Source of the DNA: Paramoeba atlantica
Lineage: Eukaryota; Protista; Discosea
DNA: 64,000 nt
Direction: 5' to 3'
Assembly (NCBI GenBank): GCA_977017575.1
Contig: CDRNVI010000059.1
Location: 415,113-479,112, forward strand
Shown here: positions 58,903 through 64,000 of the stretch, in pieces
Layout: every line of letters starts with the position of its first letter
Position numbering within the stretch: position 1 is the first letter of the stretch
The notes under the pieces: generated by a model
Told to the model about the DNA's origin: nothing
Seen by the model: the letters and a program-made list of their open reading frames with translations, nothing else
The model's database searches: none
Translations under genes and position numbers: made by a program

Positions 58903-61900
58903 GATCAACCTTTTTGTAAATTTTTGCAAAATGGCGGATGCGTCCGGTGCGCAGGAGTCCACGCGCATTATGAATCTTCTTTTGCGTTCCACGCTTGATC
59001 GGGGGGCCTTGTTTCGTCCTCACAAGGGCGGGAGGAGTCCTGCTAAGCTCCGCGCGAGGTCGTTGAGACAGTTGTTTCTGCGTATGGAAAAGGGGGCGAG
59101 GCTGGCAGTGGTGTGGAGATACGGGTATAGTGATGATTTGAAGTTGTGGGAGGGGGTCGTCGAACGATGGCTTGGCTTGTGGCGCATTCGATGCACCGAG
59201 CGCCTGCGTGAAACACTTCCGTTTCCCCCTTTAAGTCCTTTGATCGTTCTCTGCGCTGCTCGTGTTTTCAAACCTTTTTCCCTGTCCAGCGGAAAAAAGC
59301 GACATCGCAAAAGTAGGGCATTGTCCGGCAAACGTGCTCTTCATGACTCGGAGGGTCCTAGAGGCCCCGCTTTGAAGGGAAAGCTTAACGTGGCAACCTT
59401 GAATGTGACTAGTTTAAAGCTAAAGGGTGAGGATGAGTTTAGTTTGAGAAAGTGCGGGCACCTGTATGAAGTATTTAATTTTATGAATATGAAAGGAATC
59501 AATATTCTGGGAATGCAGGAGACAAGGTACAGATTTTCGTCTTCTGAAAAGTCGGAGGTACTTTGCCGCAAAGTACAATACCGGAATTCGGAATATTTCT
59601 TCAACCTCATTACAGCTCGCGCGAAGGATGCGTACAATGGAATGGGCATCGTAAGCTCAATGCCTATGTCCAAGGTATTTCGAGTAAGTAAAGGATCATG
59701 GCTGGTGAATTTGAGATGGAAGACGGAGTTGGGACAGTTGTTAATGTTTATGCTCCTACAAGAGATTCTTCGGAACTCGCGCTATCAACATTTTACGGAG
59801 ATTTAGAAAAGTGTTGCACAAAAGCATTAGAAAACAATCAGCGACGCCCTCTTTTCGTGATAGGAGATTTCAACGCGCCCTTAACGCTTATATCAAACAA
59901 AGAAATGGACCCACTGGCTGTTGCTCGTCTCAGAGGTCTTTCCTGTGCTATGGGATGGAAATCCGCGCATAGCCTGTGCCCTAGTAGTAGGAAGTGGACC
60001 TGTGAGCTGCCAAACAAAACTTTGCGTCAATTGGATCATATATTTATAAGCAGCCGATTCGCATCAGCCATTCAGCGCCACAAGGTCGTAAAGGCACCAG
60101 TTCCCACAACGCACTGCTGTGCAATTGCCAGTGTAAAAATTAAATGGAGAGCAGTAAACCCGAAAGCTGCAAATAATTATCTCTCTTGGGCCTTTCTTCG
60201 AAACAGTGAAAATCGTCAAGCATTTATTACCAAAGTTCACTCTCAATCTGAGAAGGGGGGTAATATCATGCAAGGGTGGGAACGACTTTCGAACAGTATA
60301 ATAACCGCCGCCAAAAATTTTAAGAAGCGACAAAAACGTACGATAAACAGAGAACCTATTAAGCATGTGGAGATAAATAACCTGCGGGGCCTTTATCAGA
60401 GAAGCAGACAGAAGACTACGTTTAATGAGTTAATAAAAGAACATAAAAAAGATATTGAACAGACCATTTCGGAAGAATGCTTAAAACTTGAGAACAAGCT
60501 TCGCAAGAATCACTCAAATCCATGGAGAACTCTTCGGCAAATATGTGGACAATACCGTACTCAGTTCAATACAAATGGTGAGACGCGTGATATGAAACTA
60601 CAAGCGATCCGTGAACATTTCTTAAAATTCAATAATTATGATGCAGGAGATCCAAATATCAGTTTCGACCCTATTCCACCATTATTCGTGCCGATCGAGG
60701 ATGGCCCATTTATTGTTCAGGAGTTGACTTTGTCAGTGAAGCATTTTGGGAGAGGACGAGCACCCGGAAGCGACGGAATACCTATGGAGGCCCTACAAGC
60801 TATCGCAAGTCACGGAGTTCTAAGAGAGCAGCTTTTAGGTATAATAAACAAAGTTTGTGAGACCGGGTCTACGGATGAAGCTTGGCGAATGACACTCCAG
60901 ATACCCATACCAAAGAAAGGGGATCTCACTGACATTTCAAACTGGAGGCCGATATGTGTGGTGAATAGCGTTGTTAAACTGATGAATCACATGATTCTTT
61001 CACGCATTCGGCCCAGCGTAGAAGGTTTCCTACGCGATAATCAGTATGGGTTTCGGCCAAACAGATCTACAGCTGGCGCCCAAATCATTATGAACGAGGT
61101 TAAAACTAAGGCTTTTCGAAAAGACGGAATAATGGTAGCCTTTGTAGATTTTGCTAAAGCATTTCCCTCCGTATCCTTTGCTGCTATAAAAGCCTGCCTA
61201 AATGCTTTCCGAGTTGGCAATCGATTGTCCACCACAATCTTGTCCATCTATCGCGACTTGAAAGGAACAGTTCGAACGCCGTTTGGTAATACTGAACCTT
61301 TTCCAATCACCACAGGGATTCTACAAGGGGATGTATTAGCTCCCTATCTATTCGTTATGGTGATGGACAGGATTCTACACAAGGCTCTCGACGACGGATC
61401 AGATGGTGTTCTTCTGAAATCTAGAGGTACACGAAGGCGAGGGTTAAACGAAAAACGACTGAGTGATATCGATTATGCCGACGACGTCGCGCTATTTAGT
61501 GATTCGATGGAAGGTTTGCAAAATATGATAAACAGCGTTTCTCGGGAAGCAGAGAAAGCTAATCTACGACTTGCGGTTGGTCAATCGAAAACTGCATGGA
61601 TGTCTTTTGGTAAAGTTGCACGTTCCGAAAACGACCCCGTCATCTACAACAACAACTTGAAGGTACCAAAGGTGTGGTCATACAGGCATCTGGGGCAACG
61701 TCAAGATCAAGATTTTTCTTCCACCGTAAAAGATCGATTAAAGCTTGCATGGGGATCACTCCAGCGTTTAAATGGAATTTGGTCTTCTCCTCTAAGTGAA
61801 GGGATGAAACTTCGACTTTATGATGCCTTAGTTTACCCTGTTCTGAATTTTGGAATGGGAGCAGTTCATATTTCTCAAAAGGAGCTCCGTAAAATTGGTA

Positions 61901-63031
61901 TTGAGGTCAACACAATGAGAAGAATTGCCACCCGCTCAAACAAAGTTGATGAGTACGGGTTATGCTACCCCAACGCTTCTCTCTATGTTAATACCGACCG
62001 GTTTTCTACTATTCATAAAGTGCAGCGAGCAAAACTGGTGGGACATATGATCCGTCATTCTTCAGACTTTCGGGAACTGATTCAATGGAAACAACGTAGC
62101 AACGCTAGATTACCTTCCCCAAGTGAAGCTTGTGTTAAAGATCTTGGCATTACTATTGAACAAGCATTGGTTTACGCCATGGACCGCGAGCATTGGTTCA
62201 GAATTACAGAACAACTTCTTGACAACCTCATCAGGGAACCAGCTCCCTTACCCGGCTTAAACCTCTTGGGTAAGCCGTGTTGACGTACAATTCGTCGACG
62301 CAGCGTGTTGGCAACAGCACGTTGGTGCCGCCTTGGACAAGCGGAAACTGGTAGAGGACGTCGGCCTCGGAACTTCCAAATCTGTCTGTGAAGGGTCTGG
62401 CTTGCCGGTTACCATCCGGAGCAATCCGGAATGATTTGGATTTTGGATTTGGATTTGACAACCAAAAATCCAAAAAAAAAATCCAAATCATTCCGGATTG
62501 CTCCGGATGGTCACTGGCGAGCCAGACCCTTCACAGACAGATTTGGAAGTTCCGAGGCCGACGTCCTCTACCAGTTTCCGCTTGTCCAAGGCGGCACCAA
62601 CGTGCTGTTGCCAACACGCTGCGTCGACGAATTGTACGTCAACACGGCTTACCCAAGAGGTGTGAGCCGGGTAAGGGAGCTGGTTCCCTGAGGGGAGGGT
62701 CCGGGACGGTCCTCCAAGTACTGGGCCTAGTCGGTTCTCAGCCCAGCCTCTTAGAGTGAGGCTGCCGGGAATATTGCGATGAGCGGGTTTGAACTCGCCG
62801 CCTGAGCACCATGTGCTTCAAGCTTTGAATTCTTGCCACTCCGCCACCTCCACAAACTTTGATAACCTTGAACCAGCTGCAACCTATATAAAATCTGGCA
62901 CGCAAAAGTGGAGAACCGCCGTCACAAAAGCCAAGAAGACTAAAGACTTGCGCGAGTAACAGTATATTGAAGAGTCAACGGATCCTTTCCCTAACTTTAA
63001 AGCTATGCAGATATATACGGATGCTTCTATT
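58903..63031 (+). mobile_element. LINE with one frameshift near 59690, two SINE-A insertions, and RNase H cut by R1
   Basis: ATG at 58931 (MADASG...); APE; RT ORF 59698-62283 (QGDVLAPYLF, YADD); frame resumes after the SINEs as DNLEPAATY...QYIEE...IYTDAS. Confidence 0.92.
62228..62858. mobile_element. Tail-to-tail SINE-A pair: 5'-truncated (+) 62228-62454 and full-length (-) 62464-62858
   Basis: TTGACAACC at 62219-62227 and 62455-62463, TTGATAACC at 62859-62867; (TTGGA/GGATTT)n tails. Confidence 0.88.
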
Positions 63032-63960
63032 TTCTTTTTTAGGCTCTTCGTTAAACGCGGTGGTTGCTTTCAACTTAGAAGTCACTCATGCTGCGCGCTT
63101 CGCGTTAAAAACTACCGCCGCGTTTAACGAAGAGCCTAAAAAAGAAAATTTAGCCTGGAAAACGGAAAGATTATAGTCAAAAATAGCCGATTTTCGGGTA
63201 CAAATGGGGTCATTTTCGCATATTTTTGCTCTCAGAGCACTAAATCCGACATTTGCGCGTGGGAAATCACTCGCAGGCATGAATGGAAGCCTACCGAACG
63301 TATTGGGTAGAGAATGCGACTCCAACCATACCATTCTTTCGACACAAAAATGCCCCTTTAGGTCCGAAAAATACTTTTTCACCTTCTTTAGTCAAAAATG
63401 TGTCATTTTGAGGGCCGCACCACAGTTCGAAGAAGTGATACCTTGCGAAAACAACTGCGTAGAAAGCTAGTGTAGGTCCCAAACTATCAAAATACAATAG
63501 GGGAAACGATTTTAGAAAAATATTTCTTTTTTCATTTTTTTCGCCAAGTTGAAATTTTTTTCAAATTTTTTTTTCCGAAAAAATCCGAACTTGGCGGACC
63601 CGTCCTGCGGATACGCGGGGGGGTCACCCCCGTGTAAGGGGGTGGAAAATGCGCGCCAAGACCCCGGCTACCCTTTCTGCGGTTTTTTTTCGAAAACTAA
63701 TTTTTTCGAAAAAATTTGCTCGACCATGCCCCCCCCCCCTGGACCACCCCGCTGGACCACCCCCCTGGACCCCCCCCCTGGACCCCTCCATGGACCCCCC
63801 ATTTTTTTCAAATTTTTTTTTCAGTTTTGGTCCACCGGAGCCCCCTTTTATATTTTTTTCTTCTATTATATTACTGTGATCCTCTTTATATTTTCACTGT
63901 TTTTGTTCACTTTTTTTTCAATAATCGAGTGTAGAGCGGTAGTTTTACAACCACCGCAAT
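63032..63960. mobile_element. R1 complete copy, inverted orientation
   Basis: TTCTTTTTTAGGCTC...CCACCGCAAT; inserted in a T run with no TSD. Confidence 0.82.
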
Positions 63961-64000
63961 TTTAGGATTCTCTAGCCCCATTTGAAGTTTTTCAACTTGT

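Noticed and set aside
59698-62460. LINE lacking RNase H whose 3' UTR is the SINE-A body
   Set aside because: The LINE frame resumes after 62867 and the SINEs are bounded by target duplications, so they are insertions.
62430-62480. Telomere-like repeats (GGATTT/TTGGA)
   Set aside because: Only 2-4 irregular units, always at retroelement 3' ends next to TSDs; they are tails.

Overview
A eukaryotic, transposon-saturated region with no recognisable host gene. A 28.2-kb array of an 18-bp monomer (CAAAGGTCTTCAAAAAAA; 28444-56618) fills about 44% of the window and sits directly against the start codon of an intact non-LTR retrotransposon ORF (24368-28429, minus; N-terminal domain + APE + RT + RNase H). 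The rest comprises at least five more copies or fragments of related LINE subfamilies, two tRNA-derived SINE families, about seven copies of a hairpin-ended Helentron-like element, two MITE families, a broken Helitron Rep/PIF1 gene, an intact bacterial-type IS30 transposase and several minisatellites. Main finding: the four LINEs with a visible 5' end all start with T-tract monomer(s) of about 16-18 bp followed by a hairpin touching the ATG. The big array is the expanded monomer of one such element, nested inside an older LINE that is itself nested in a PIF1 motif (9-bp TSD). The array at 1-336 looks like a second expansion. Second finding: the IS30 transposase lies between inverted arrays of 20-bp subrepeats, like a eukaryotic DNA transposon. 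Alignments and folds were done by eye; no database search was run.
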